From the NCBI GenBank assembly GCA_965217775.1, contig CBDCJH010000002.1, positions 3,168,001-3,232,000 on the forward strand: a DNA stretch of 64,000 bases. Reading direction: 5' to 3'. The position numbers and the translations under genes were made by a program. Positions within the stretch are counted from its first letter, which is position 1. Each line of letters opens with the position of its first letter. This document shows positions 19,091-29,702 of this stretch, piece after piece. This DNA is from Acidobacteriota bacterium (GTDB taxonomy: Bacteria > Acidobacteriota > UBA6911 > RPQK01 > JAJDTT01). The notes beneath the pieces are model-generated. The model ran no database searches. It was given only the letters and a program-made list of their open reading frames with translations, and was not told the DNA's origin.

Positions 19091-21382
19091 GGCGACTAGT
19101 TTGGGCTCGGTGCCGAGGTGCCGGATCCACTCGGCCACCAGTTCGGCTCCGCGCTCGTCGATCCGATTGGTGCTGGTCGGGGGCATCTGGTTCAGGCCTC
19201 GTACGATCAGCCGCCGGTAGAGAAGGGACCGCTGAGGATCGCCCGGGACCACCATCCGGGCGCCGTCTACTCCCATGTTGTCGTGAATCGGCGCCTCGCC
19301 AATCAGGCGGACCTTGTCCGGTTCCGCTGTGTAGGTCAGGTTGATCCGGGAGTTTCCTCCGCCGCTCGGAGCGTGGCACATGGCGCAGTTCACTTGCAGG
19401 TAGGCCCGGGTCCGAGCCTCCACGTCAGCATCCGTGCCGAAAGGATCCGGGAGGGCCGGGTACTCCGCGGGAGTCTTCTCGATCGATTCTTTGAAGATTC
19501 CGATGTGATCCAGCGTTCTCAACTGATTGTCGGTGGTCTCGCCGTAGTCTTGACCGCGGTTCATTTGCCGGGTGTTCAGACCGAGCGCGAATCCGGCCGC
19601 GCGGGAATGGCAGTACATGCATTCCTCGCGGCTGGGATAGCGCCAGACTTGGTCCCGCTGCCCGCCGGGCGCGCTCCGGTCCCGGATCTGATAGGTTTGG
19701 TCGCGGCCTTCCCCTGCGACCAACTCCGCATCGGTCTGCTCTTCGTTCCAGGCGTAGGTGTATCCGACCCACCGGTCGTCCTGCTTCACCAGCAGCCGGG
19801 TTTCGATGAATTGGCGCGTCTCCGGGCTGCCTTCCTCGGTCTCCAGGGTGAACGACTTCACCATCACCGCGCCGTCGTCGAACACCCAGGTGCCTTCCTC
19901 GTTGAACTTGATCTGCGTCTCGCCCGGCAAGGCGAGGAACCGCTCCTTGCCGGCGCCGTCGGACCAGAAGGGGACGTTCACCGAATACGGGATGAGGCCG
20001 GGAGCCGGACGATGATCCTTCACCGATGCGAACAGTCCGGTTTCACTCAGCTTCTGCGGAAAAGGCGGCCTCTTTTCCAGCACTGGCCGGTGGTCCAGTT
20101 CGAAGATCTCTCCGCTGTCGTAGTCCAGCGCATAGAAAGCTCCGTCGCGCCCCTGGCCGAAACTGACGATATTGACGGACGAGTCGGCGAGTTCCTGGTG
20201 CCAGACCACCTTCTTCTGATCGTGGTCGTATCGCAATCCCCAGATTTTTCCGTACGAGTAGTCCCCGTAGAGGTAGGCGCCTTTCAGCTCGGGGAACTTG
20301 TCTCCCTGGTAGACGTAGCCGCCGGTGATGGACCGGCATTCCCGGTGGTGATGCTCCATGACGGGCGGGACGATGGGTGTGGGACCCGGCTTCGTGTTGG
20401 GATGAAAGGGGTGTGAGCCCTCCTTCACGGGCCAGCCGTGATTGCTGCCCCGGCTGACCAGCTCGATGAGCTCCCAGAGATCCTGCCCCACGTCTCCGAC
20501 CCAGGGCTGTCCGGTGACCGGATCGAAGCTGAAGCGCCATGGATTGCGAAAACCGTAGGCCCAGATCTCCTCCCGGGCCCCGGGCACGCCGACGAAGGGA
20601 TTGTCCTGGGGAATGGAATAGGCCCGGCCAGGGTCCGGCCGCTCCAGGTCGAGCCTCATCATGACCGCCAGCAGGTCGTCCACGTCCTGACCGGTGTGCT
20701 CCCGATCGGAGCTTCCGGTGCCGTCTCCGGTGGCAACGTAGAGGTACCCGTCCGGACCGATGATGGCTTCGCCGCCGTTGTGTCCACCGGACGGCCACTC
20801 GATGATGACCTTCTCCGATTCGGGACGCAGCCGCGGCGGATCGCTTCCCGGTTCCAACTCGAACCTGGAGACCCGGCTGAGTTGCGTGACCGGGTTGCCC
20901 TCTTCATCCTTCTTCCCTTCCAGCTTGGGGTCGGTCGGGCTGAAGACGAACACCTGGCCGTTCTCGCGGTAACGCGGATGGAAGGAAAAGGCTGAAACCC
21001 GGCGGTTCCAATCCAGGAAGAGGTCTTTCCCGGCATCGGGATCGTTCCCGTGGAAGCTGTAGATCGGGCCCCGATACTCGGCGACCAATAGCCGCTCCGA
21101 GTTCGGGTCCTGAGCGATGAAGGTCGGATTCTCGAAGGTGTGCTGCGGGAATACGCGCCGGAGCTGATACGGCGGCGGGGGCTCCGGTGATCCCACCACG
21201 CGCGAGGTGTTCCAGAGAGCCCGCTCCGTCAACCCGTAGGGCGCGTCTCCCTCTCCGGACGAGGCCGATCCGCAGGCCGACAGGAACAATCCGGCAACCA
21301 GAGCCAACGCACCCGTGCGATCGGGATTTCGAGTGATCAATTGCTTAACCCATATGGAATTCTTGTTTCCATTTCTCTTCAT
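19025..21382 (-). CDS. Glucose/sorbosone (PQQ-dependent sugar) dehydrogenase-like lipoprotein with c-type heme domain
   Basis: Lipobox LSAC, GHNGG..GPDGYLY, EIWAYGFRNPWRFSFD, SITGGYVY; CxxCH motifs CMYCH and CAMCH; start ATG 21382. Confidence 0.85.
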   Translation of the reverse strand: MKRNGNKNSIWVKQLITRNPDRTGALALVAGLFLSACGSASSGEGDAPYGLTERALWNTSRVVGSPEPPPPYQLRRVFPQHTFENPTFIAQDPNSERLLVAEYRGPIYSFHGNDPDAGKDLFLDWNRRVSAFSFHPRYRENGQVFVFSPTDPKLEGKKDEEGNPVTQLSRVSRFELEPGSDPPRLRPESEKVIIEWPSGGHNGGEAIIGPDGYLYVATGDGTGSSDREHTGQDVDDLLAVMMRLDLERPDPGRAYSIPQDNPFVGVPGAREEIWAYGFRNPWRFSFDPVTGQPWVGDVGQDLWELIELVSRGSNHGWPVKEGSHPFHPNTKPGPTPIVPPVMEHHHRECRSITGGYVYQGDKFPELKGAYLYGDYSYGKIWGLRYDHDQKKVVWHQELADSSVNIVSFGQGRDGAFYALDYDSGEIFELDHRPVLEKRPPFPQKLSETGLFASVKDHRPAPGLIPYSVNVPFWSDGAGKERFLALPGETQIKFNEEGTWVFDDGAVMVKSFTLETEEGSPETRQFIETRLLVKQDDRWVGYTYAWNEEQTDAELVAGEGRDQTYQIRDRSAPGGQRDQVWRYPSREECMYCHSRAAGFALGLNTRQMNRGQDYGETTDNQLRTLDHIGIFKESIEKTPAEYPALPDPFGTDADVEARTRAYLQVNCAMCHAPSGGGNSRINLTYTAEPDKVRLIGEAPIHDNMGVDGARMVVPGDPQRSLLYRRLIVRGLNQMPPTSTNRIDERGAELVAEWIRHLGTEPKLVAMERRFPIAEQERRFPSRRTPE

Positions 21383-21390
21383 TCCCCGGC

Positions 21391-22860
21391 TCAGGCCAGG
21401 AGCGGTTTCAGCACCTTGCCGTGAACGTCCGTCAGCCGGTGGTCCCGGCCCTGGAACTTGTACGTCAGACGCAGGTGGTCGATTCCCAGGAGATGCAGGA
21501 TGGTGGCGTTCAGGTCGTGGACCTCTACCGGATCCTTGACGATATTGTAGCTGAAATCGTCCGTTTCGCCGTAGCTCAGACCACCGGAGGCCCCGCCTCC
21601 GGCCAGCCACATGGTGAAGCAGCGCGGATGATGGTCCCGCCCGTAGTTCTCCTTGGTCAAATCTCCCTGGCAGTAGATGGTCCGTCCGAATTCGCCGCCC
21701 CAGACGATGAGGGTGTCGTCCAACATCCCTCGTTGCTCCAGATCCAGAATCAGGGCCGCCGTGGCCCGGTCGGTGCTCTTGCACTGGCCCCTCAGGTCCC
21801 GCGGCAGGTCCCGGTGCTGATCCCAGCCCCGGTGGAACAACTGAACGAAGCGCACCCCTCGCTCCACCAGCCGCCGGGCCATCAGGCAATGGGACGCGTA
21901 GGTGCCCCGTTCGCGGGCTTCGTCTCCGTAGAGCCGAAAGATATGCTCCGGTTCATCGGACAGGTCCGTCAGCTCGGGAACCGAGGTCTGCATCCGGAAC
22001 GCCAGTTCGTACTGGGCGATTCGGGTGGCGATCTCAGGGTCTCCGAACTCGGCCTGCTTCAACTCGTTCAACCGGGCGACGTCGTCCAGAATGTGCCGTC
22101 GGGTGACGCTCTCCATCCCCGGCGGATTGGAGAGGTACAGGACCGGATCGCCGACGCCGCGGAACCTCACCCCCTGGTGCCGCGTGGGCAGGAAGCCACT
22201 GCCCCACAAGCGCTTGTACAGCGGCTGCGACCCCTTCTTGGAGTTGGAGGTCATGACCACGAAGGTGGGCAGATCCCGGTTCGCGCTTCCCAACCCGTAG
22301 GAGAGCCACGCCCCCAGACTCGGGCGGCCCGACCGCTCGAAGCCGGTCTGCATCAGCGTTATGGCGGGGTCGTGGTTGATGGCATCGGTGTGCATCGACT
22401 TGATCAGGCAGAGCCGATCGACCACGCCGGCCGTGTGCGGAAGCAACTCGCTGACCCAGGCGCCGCACTCCCCATGCCGTTGGAATTCGAAGATGGACGG
22501 CACCACCGGGAAACGATCCTGGCCCGAGGTCATGGTGGTCAGGCGCTGACCCTTCCGCACCGAGTCGGGGAAATCGACGTCGAACATTTCCCGCAGGCCC
22601 GGCTTGTAGTCGAAGAGGTCCATCTGAGCCGGTCCGCCGGCCTGGCACAGATAGATCACCCGCTTGGCGCTGGGCTCGAAGTGGGGCAGACTTGCCGCAC
22701 CGGCCGCTGCTCCGGGAGTTCGCAACGGGGCGGCCAGAAGGTCATCCGCCAGCAGCGAGCTCAACGCCGCCGCGCCGATTCCCATCCCCGACCGGCCAAA
22801 GAAGTGCCGGCGGGTCAAGAGCTGTCGGGCGTTGTCGATTGGATGCGTGGGAGAAGCCAT
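21391..22860 (-). CDS. DUF1501 domain protein (sulfatase-like), TAT signal
   Basis: TRRHFFG, HFEPSAKRVIYL..GGP.QMDLFDYKP, YELAFRMQ, GWDQH, WGGEFGRT, GRDHHP. Confidence 0.9.
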   Translation of the reverse strand: MASPTHPIDNARQLLTRRHFFGRSGMGIGAAALSSLLADDLLAAPLRTPGAAAGAASLPHFEPSAKRVIYLCQAGGPAQMDLFDYKPGLREMFDVDFPDSVRKGQRLTTMTSGQDRFPVVPSIFEFQRHGECGAWVSELLPHTAGVVDRLCLIKSMHTDAINHDPAITLMQTGFERSGRPSLGAWLSYGLGSANRDLPTFVVMTSNSKKGSQPLYKRLWGSGFLPTRHQGVRFRGVGDPVLYLSNPPGMESVTRRHILDDVARLNELKQAEFGDPEIATRIAQYELAFRMQTSVPELTDLSDEPEHIFRLYGDEARERGTYASHCLMARRLVERGVRFVQLFHRGWDQHRDLPRDLRGQCKSTDRATAALILDLEQRGMLDDTLIVWGGEFGRTIYCQGDLTKENYGRDHHPRCFTMWLAGGGASGGLSYGETDDFSYNIVKDPVEVHDLNATILHLLGIDHLRLTYKFQGRDHRLTDVHGKVLKPLLA

Positions 22861-22868
22861 CGTTTTTC

Positions 22869-25255
22869 TCATTCCCGGTGAATGGTTTCGTCCAGGTTCA
22901 GGAGGCCGTTCGCGAGGGCCGTGTGGGCGGCCAGTTCGACGGTGTCCATCCCAGGATCCAAAGGGGACTGACCGACCTGGGCCAGTTTGCGGGCAGCCTC
23001 GGGGTCGTTCTCGTAGGTCGACCGATGACGCTGCAGACCGCGCGTCAGCACCTCGATTTCCGCCGGCTGGGGCTGCCGCGACGTGACCAGGCGGAAACCG
23101 AAATCGACCCGCTCCCGATCGTTCGAACCTCCCTCCCGGATCAGGCGCTGGGCGAGAGCACGCGCCGCCTCGACGTAGGTCACGTCGTTCATGAGCGTCA
23201 ACGCCTGGAGGGGCGTGTTGGTCCGCTCGCGCCGGGCCGTACAGACCTCGCGGCTCGGAGCATCGAACACCTCCATGCCGGGAGGATGGATGGTGCGCCG
23301 CCAGAAAGAATAGAGGCTGCGACGGTAGAGATGGTCGCCGGTCCCCTGCTCGTAGCCTTTCTTGTAGGCGCCGGTCGCTCCGCCGGCGATCTCGTCCCAG
23401 ATGCCCGCCGGCTGATACGGCTTGACCGATGGTCCCCCAACCGACTCGACCAGCAGCCCGCCCACCGCCAGGGCCTGATCCCGAATCATCTCGGCAGGCA
23501 GGCGCAACCGGGGACCCCGCGCCAGCAGACGGTTGTCCGGATCTTTCTGAAGCAGCGCGGGCGTGAGCCTCGACGACTCCAGGTAGGTTGCGCTGGTCAC
23601 GATCATCCTCTGGAAAGACTTGACGTCCCACTTCAGCCGCACCAGTTCGCTGGCCAGCCAGTCCAGCAGGAGTGGGTGCGTCGGGGGCTCCCCCTGCGCC
23701 CCGAAATCCTCGGGCGTCGGCACCAGTCCCAAGCCGAAGTGCAACTGCCACAATCGGTTCACCGCCACACGGGCGGTGAGTGGATGGGACGGGTGCACCA
23801 GCCACCGTGCCAGGAGCAGACGATTGGCCGGGACGCCGGGGGGCAGCGGTGGCAGCACCCTGGGGACGCCCGGAGTCACCTTGGCGCCAGGCTGATCGTA
23901 TTGTCCGCGTCCCAGAACGAACGTCTCTCGAGCCTGGTCATCCCGCATGATCATGGTTGCGGGGACCTGTTCCCAGAGGCGTTGATGCTGCGCCTCAAGC
24001 GCGGCGTACGCGGGTGAACTCCGCTCCAGAATCTGAAGTTCGCGATGGATCCGATCCAATCGGAGTTGAACGGCCCGCGGCGGAACCTTGATGGTGGGCG
24101 CGGCGCTTCGCCGATAGGTACCCGGCTCGGAGACGGCGTTGAAGAAGGCGAAGAGACGGTAGAACTCGGTCTGGGAGATGGGGTCGTACTTATGGTCGTG
24201 ACAACGCGCGCAGCCGACCGTGAGTCCCATCCAGGCGGTCGAAACGGTGTTGACGCGATCGACGGCGTACTCGACCCGGAACTCGTCGGCGATGGATCCG
24301 CCTTCGCCGTGACGCGGTTGTTGCGAAGGAAGCCGGTGGCCAATTTCTGGTCCGGACTCGCCTCAGGGAGCAAATCTCCGGCCAACTGCTGGACCGTGAA
24401 CTGGTCGAAAGACAGATTCTGGTTCAGCGCGTCGACGACCCATTCGCGCCACCTCCACATGGTTCGAGGCTCGTCGTCCTGATAGCCGTCGCTGTCGGCG
24501 TACCGCGCCAGATCGAGCCAGATCGCCGCCATGCGCTCCCCATACCGGGGCGAAGCCAAGAGCCGGTCGACGGCCATCTCGTAGGCCGCGGGAGACGAGT
24601 CTGCGAGAAAGGCGTCCAATTCGTCCAAGGTCGGCGGAAGCCCGGTCAGGTCGAACGTCACCCGGCGCAGGATCCGGCTCTTTTCCGCGGCCGGCGCAGG
24701 ATCCAGTCCTGCGGCCTCCAGGCGGTTGAGGACAAAGTAATCCAGATCCTGCCTGGTCCAGGAGGTGTCCTTGACCTGAGGCAGTTCCGGCCGCCGTAGC
24801 GAAGTGAACGCCCAATGCTGCTGCCAGACGGCTCCCTGTGCGATCCAGCGGCGGATCAAATCGATCTGGTCGTCGCTCAGCGTCTTTTGCGAGTACGCGG
24901 GAGGCATCCGATGGTTCGCGTCTTCGTGGGTGATGCGCCGAAAGATCAGGCTGTTGTCCGGATCTCCGGGAACGACGGGCGCTCCGGAGGTCCGCGCCTG
25001 GAAGACATTGTCCCGCAGATCGAGCCTCAGTCCGGCCATGCGGACCTGGGGATCGGGACCGTGGCACTGAAAGCAGGCGTCGGACAGTAGGGGACGAATC
25101 TGCCGCTGAAAGTCGACTTGGGAATGCTCAGAGTGGGCGTTTCCGACCAGCGGCGGCAGGAGGAGGGACAGCAGGACAAGCCGGAGGACCGGCCGCCGTG
25201 CCGAATCTCGAATCCGAGCCCGGAGCGGGCAAATACTCCACGTGCGTTTTCTCAT
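22869..25255 (-). pseudogene. Planctomycete cytochrome c / DUF1549-DUF1553 protein, split by a 1-bp frameshift near 24310
   Basis: N half: CFQCHGPD, HWAF, LRRVTFDLTGLPPT, WLDLARYADS; C half: CARCHDHKYDP, LTARVAVNRLW, TNTPLQAL; one extra base restores NRV-NGEGGSIADEFRVEYAVDRVNT. Confidence 0.8.
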
Positions 25256-25374
25256 TCGGTTAATGGAGTTTATTCTAGCAGCCTGCGCCAAAAACTCTCG
25301 ATGACGTCCGCGATGCCGGCAATGGCCGGTCCAGGGGGCCGAACCGAACGGCGCCGGATCGGAAAGGAGTTGCG

Positions 25375-26499
25375 ATGAAGCGATCGATACTGGTTCCCGT
25401 TGTCCTGTTCCTGTTGGGTCCCGCTCTCGTAGCGTTCGCGCAGGAGGCCATCCAATTTCATCCCATCGACGGGGCTTCGATCTACGATCATGATCCTTCC
25501 ACGCGGCTCGGGGACGACATCTTCGGCAACATCATCGCCGACCTGGAGAACGACGCTCCGGGGCGATGCTCGCACGGAGGGCCGGTCTGCCTGGAATACG
25601 CGAACGGTCACATCGCGGCCTTCTACGCCAACACCAGCGACCACAACTCCGACGGGTGGAGCGATTACGCCCTCAGCAAGGACGGCGGCAGGACCTGGGA
25701 AAGATACAACAAGTTCGAGTACTCCTACGCGGCCTACCAGAGAGATCCGAAGCGGCCGGTGATCGTCGAAGAAGGGCTGACGACCCGCAACGGAATCGTC
25801 GTCCTGCTTCTCACCCATGTCGACAACGGCAGGAGCCGGAGCGGATTCATGAGAAGCCGTGACCATGGCGCCTCCTGGATCGACTACGAACCCCTCGACG
25901 GAGACTTCGTCGGGTATCCCTGTGCGGTGGGGGTGACGGGGGACACCAACTTCGTCCTCTACGACATCAGCAAGGGCCCCCACGTCCTGTACGTCAGCAC
26001 CGACGACGGACAGAGCTGGCGCCGGAGAAGCACCCTGCCCCTGGACGACGACAAATGGTACGGCGCCATGTGCATCATGGAGGACGGCCGGCTGTTGGCC
26101 GGCGCCTATACCGAGAAGGACGAGCACCATCTCTACTACTGCATCAGCCGGGACCAGGGGAGGACCTGGACCGAGCAACGGCGCGCCTATCTGGACAAGA
26201 AAGTTCGCGATCCCGAACTGGCCTATCTGGCCGGCAAATACTATCTGCACGGAAGGTCGGGCCAATACGGCGAAGGGAAAGACCGTTTCGTCCTCTACCA
26301 GTCCGACGACGGCATCAATTGGGGGAGCGGGATCATCGTCAGCGGCGATCGGAGACACGCCGACGGATACAGTCACAACTGCGTCATCAACAAGTATGAC
26401 GACGATGTCCCCAACCAACTGATGGTCCAATTCAGCATCGTCTACGACGGCCTCGACACCAACACCCACGTGTTCTTCATCAGGCCGGATTCCGAATAG
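25375..26499 (+). CDS. Asp-box (BNR) repeat exo-alpha-sialidase-like secreted protein, paralog 3
   Basis: Colinear with the 6.0 and 7.2 kb paralogs (SHGGPVC, NTSDHN.DGWS, KVRDPEL, YLHGRSG). Confidence 0.75.
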   Translation: MKRSILVPVVLFLLGPALVAFAQEAIQFHPIDGASIYDHDPSTRLGDDIFGNIIADLENDAPGRCSHGGPVCLEYANGHIAAFYANTSDHNSDGWSDYALSKDGGRTWERYNKFEYSYAAYQRDPKRPVIVEEGLTTRNGIVVLLLTHVDNGRSRSGFMRSRDHGASWIDYEPLDGDFVGYPCAVGVTGDTNFVLYDISKGPHVLYVSTDDGQSWRRRSTLPLDDDKWYGAMCIMEDGRLLAGAYTEKDEHHLYYCISRDQGRTWTEQRRAYLDKKVRDPELAYLAGKYYLHGRSGQYGEGKDRFVLYQSDDGINWGSGIIVSGDRRHADGYSHNCVINKYDDDVPNQLMVQFSIVYDGLDTNTHVFFIRPDSE

Positions 26500-26746
26500 T
26501 AGCAGCCCGTGGCAAAAGTCATCACGGCATTCGACCGTCCCTGCATCCCGGCGGACGGCGTTGCGATTCGGGCACATACTCCCGGTATGCACCCGAATCG
26601 CGCCTTGTCCGGCGGGCGCAGGAACGGTCTCGGTGCTCGCGGGACTTTCACCACGGACTGGTAGAGGTGCGGGGGTTTGCAACCTCCGATTCGGGGGACA
26701 GGGATCTCCCCCTTCCTATGGGTGACAAGAATGTCCCCCTCCTGGC

Positions 26747-28231
26747 TCAAGCCGCCCGGAACCGAAACGCGTAAAGCCGCGCGCGCCGCTGCAGCCAAAA
26801 GCTGAGCCGAACCGGTCTCCCCGCCAGATCGGACAGCCGGGCTCCCGACTTCCACCGAACCGTCCCCCGCAGGAAATCCCCAATCAGGGGCTCGCACTCC
26901 TCCTGGCCAAGACCCGGGACCGGAGCGCCGTCCACCCCCATGACCCCAACCTGAATCCGGCCGCCGGCTCCGCAATCGGCGTTCAGAGTCAGCCGTCGCC
27001 CCGAAAAGATCAGCGGCTTTGTGAGCAGGTGCCCCTGGGTCGACTCCGCGGCCTGAGCGACGAGCCGGTGACGCAGGTACCTGACCCGGCCGACGCCTCC
27101 CATGCCCGGCGCCCGCTTGACCTGTTCGTGACCGACGTCGAAACCGCCGTAGTACATCCAGATCTCGTCCCCCCGGGGAATCATTCCCACGCCCATGTAG
27201 ACCATGCGGCTGTCGAAGTCCCCTTCCCTTCCGGGACTCAGAAACGGATTGCGGTCGGGCCTCCGCCAACCCACGCTGTCGCGGCTGGTGGCGATCTGAA
27301 TCTCCAGGTTGTCCGTGTCGTGGTAGTAGGCCGCCGGAAACAGCAGGGAGACCCCGTCGGCGAACGGGTAGGGCTGGGCAGCCGAATTGTAGAGGTCCAT
27401 TCCCGGCGGATCCTCCCGGTCGGGCGCCAGGACCCGCTGCGGGCGGGGGAAGTCGCCGAAGGTCGCGCTCTCGGTCCGGCCGATGCAACGGATGGCTCCG
27501 CCCTTGAAGCGAGGGTACTGGTTGTCCCGGACGAAGCAGACGTATTTTCTCAGTCGGGAGTCGTAGTAGCAGACGTTGCAGGTATCGGTGTACCAGTCCA
27601 TCAGAGGACCGGAACCCTTGGTCCAACGGATCCCGTCGGGCGACGACGCACCTTCGATGGTGGGCCCCAGCCATTCCCGAGTCCACCCCCGATCCCGAAG
27701 CGTCATCCGGTACCCGTAACCACGCTTCTTGTCCCGTTCACCGAAGACACACTTGTACCGCTGACCCGGCTCCGCGGAAGGATCGAGAAACACCCCGCCC
27801 TCATGCTGGACGGTGAGGACGATATTGTTCTTCCGGCTGCCTTGAAACGGGGTCACCCCACAGGGCGGCTTGTCCCAATGAACGCCATCCTCCGACTCCG
27901 CGTAGCAGAGCCGGCTGACCTCGGCCGGATCGCCGAGCGCCCGGCCCGAGTACCACATTCGCACCCGTCCACCCTCATCTCCCACCGTGACCCAGGCCCA
28001 CACCCCGTCCTGATCCGTGGGTATGTCAGGCGAAATCACCCGGACGTGATCGGCCCGGACGGGGGTCACCCGGAGCCGGACGCCCTCTTTCCGCTCCACG
28101 AAGTGATCGTCCAGGAGCAACTGGGCCCGGTCGCCAACATCCAGCACCGTTTCTGAATGAGCGGTTCGAGCAACCAGCGCTCCCGCAAATCCGGTACCCA
28201 GAAACACGCGCCGATTCACCTGCAATGCCAT
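26747..28231 (-). CDS. TAT-exported beta-propeller glycosidase-like protein
   Basis: NRRVFLG; QLLLDD, YAESEDGVHW, QIATSRD, LLTKPLIFSGRRLTLNA..LYAFRF. Confidence 0.65.
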   Translation of the reverse strand: MALQVNRRVFLGTGFAGALVARTAHSETVLDVGDRAQLLLDDHFVERKEGVRLRVTPVRADHVRVISPDIPTDQDGVWAWVTVGDEGGRVRMWYSGRALGDPAEVSRLCYAESEDGVHWDKPPCGVTPFQGSRKNNIVLTVQHEGGVFLDPSAEPGQRYKCVFGERDKKRGYGYRMTLRDRGWTREWLGPTIEGASSPDGIRWTKGSGPLMDWYTDTCNVCYYDSRLRKYVCFVRDNQYPRFKGGAIRCIGRTESATFGDFPRPQRVLAPDREDPPGMDLYNSAAQPYPFADGVSLLFPAAYYHDTDNLEIQIATSRDSVGWRRPDRNPFLSPGREGDFDSRMVYMGVGMIPRGDEIWMYYGGFDVGHEQVKRAPGMGGVGRVRYLRHRLVAQAAESTQGHLLTKPLIFSGRRLTLNADCGAGGRIQVGVMGVDGAPVPGLGQEECEPLIGDFLRGTVRWKSGARLSDLAGRPVRLSFWLQRRARLYAFRFRAA

Positions 28232-28301
28232 GTCACCTCGCCGTCTCTTCCCCACTCTTTCCTCTTTTCTATTTTCTCTTACCTCTCTTCTCCCTCTTCC
28301 C

Positions 28302-29525
28302 TCACCAGTTGGTGATGGAGCCGTCAGGACGCCGATTCAGGGGAGCGCCCTCCATCGGCTCCGTGACTTCGGCCACCAGCTTCAGAGGTTTCGTATCGAC
28401 CTCCACACCCAGGCCCGGCCGGTCGGTGGGCCAGAGTTTTCCCTCCCGAAAGTCGTAGCTGACCGGCAGGTGCTCCAAGTCCTTTTTCCGGCCGCCCAAC
28501 ATCTCCATCAGCACGGGTCCCGGAAAGGCGTTGCAGGCTTGGACCAGGGCGGCGGTGGCAATGGGCCCGGTGAAATGGGGAACCAGCCCGACGTAGTGGG
28601 TCTCGCACAAGGCTGCGATCTTCATGAACTCGGTGATGCCGCCGGCGTTGGGCAGGGAGATCCTCGAATAGTCGATCAACCGTTCCTCGATCAACTCGTT
28701 GATGTCCCAGCGGTCGCCGAATTGCTCGCCGACGGCGATGGACACCTTCACCTGAGGGCGCAACTGCCGGTAGACACCCGGGTTCTCGCTGCGGATCAGG
28801 TCTTCGACGAAGTAGGGTTCCAGGTCCTCGATGAGGCTGGAGAGCCGGATGGCATCGGGCATGTCCAGACGCGTGTGGTAATCGATGGCCCAATCGCCGC
28901 TGGGTCCCACGCCTTTGCGCACCTCGACACAGAGCTTGTACGTGTCGCGAACGGATTGGCGCGGGTTGAACTGGTCGCCCGAACCCCGGGTGCTGGTTCG
29001 GTAGGCCCGGAAGCCGGCGTCCATGCAGGCGCGCGCCGCGTCGCGCGTGTTCTTGTAGCCGGGAAAACCCGTCGAGTAGCACTCGATGTGGTTCCGTACG
29101 GGACCTCCGAGCAAGTGGTAGACCGGGACCCCGAGAGCTTTGCCCCGGATGTCCCAGAGCGCCAGATCCAGGGCACCCAGAGCATGGATCTTTTCCCGCC
29201 CGGGCGGATAGAAGTGACCTCGGTACATGAGCTGCCACAAGTGCTCGATGCGGGCCGGGTTCTCTCCGATGAGCAGGCCGGCGCACTGGCGGATGGTGTC
29301 CGCCGATCCCCCTTCGCCCACCCCCACGATGCCCTGGTCAGTTTCGACAAGCGAGACGTGGGAACTCTGATTGAACATGACCCGGGAGGGAGCCTCATAG
29401 AAGCGAATCCGGGTGATCCGCATGGATGAGAGAGCCTGATGTGCTTCCCCACGAGCGTTTTGAGCCATGGCGGCGGCCAACCCGGCGGTTCCGGCCACCG
29501 AGCCGACGAATCGTCTCCGGTTCAT
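28302..29525 (-). CDS. Mandelate racemase/muconate lactonizing enzyme family (galactonate dehydratase-like), TAT signal
   Basis: NRRRFVG; DLALWDIRGKALGVPVYHLLGG; IDYH, FVED, GEQ metal ligands; PHFTGPI. Confidence 0.85.
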   Translation of the reverse strand: MNRRRFVGSVAGTAGLAAAMAQNARGEAHQALSSMRITRIRFYEAPSRVMFNQSSHVSLVETDQGIVGVGEGGSADTIRQCAGLLIGENPARIEHLWQLMYRGHFYPPGREKIHALGALDLALWDIRGKALGVPVYHLLGGPVRNHIECYSTGFPGYKNTRDAARACMDAGFRAYRTSTRGSGDQFNPRQSVRDTYKLCVEVRKGVGPSGDWAIDYHTRLDMPDAIRLSSLIEDLEPYFVEDLIRSENPGVYRQLRPQVKVSIAVGEQFGDRWDINELIEERLIDYSRISLPNAGGITEFMKIAALCETHYVGLVPHFTGPIATAALVQACNAFPGPVLMEMLGGRKKDLEHLPVSYDFREGKLWPTDRPGLGVEVDTKPLKLVAEVTEPMEGAPLNRRPDGSITNW

Positions 29526-29702
29526 GGATTCCTACCTTGCGTTGTTGTGCCGTGTGATAATCGAGTCTCCAGGAAAGCCCCCTTCTACGCAAGCCGGAGA
29601 CCGGACTTCTCAGTCCGGAGGATCGCTTCCGACACCCGGCGGCGCCATTTACACCGGGGCCAAAATTCACCAGCGAGTATCATGGAGGGCGGATTGGCAA
29701 TC

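Noticed and set aside
21383-23805. Long N-terminal extensions of ORFs 19025..21889 and 21391..23805 (also 10608..13592, 39750..41579)
   Set aside because: They overlap neighbouring real genes; better starts with signal peptides or RBS lie downstream
24295-24325. Programmed ribosomal frameshift
   Set aside because: No slippery heptamer or homopolymer; this family is normally a single ORF
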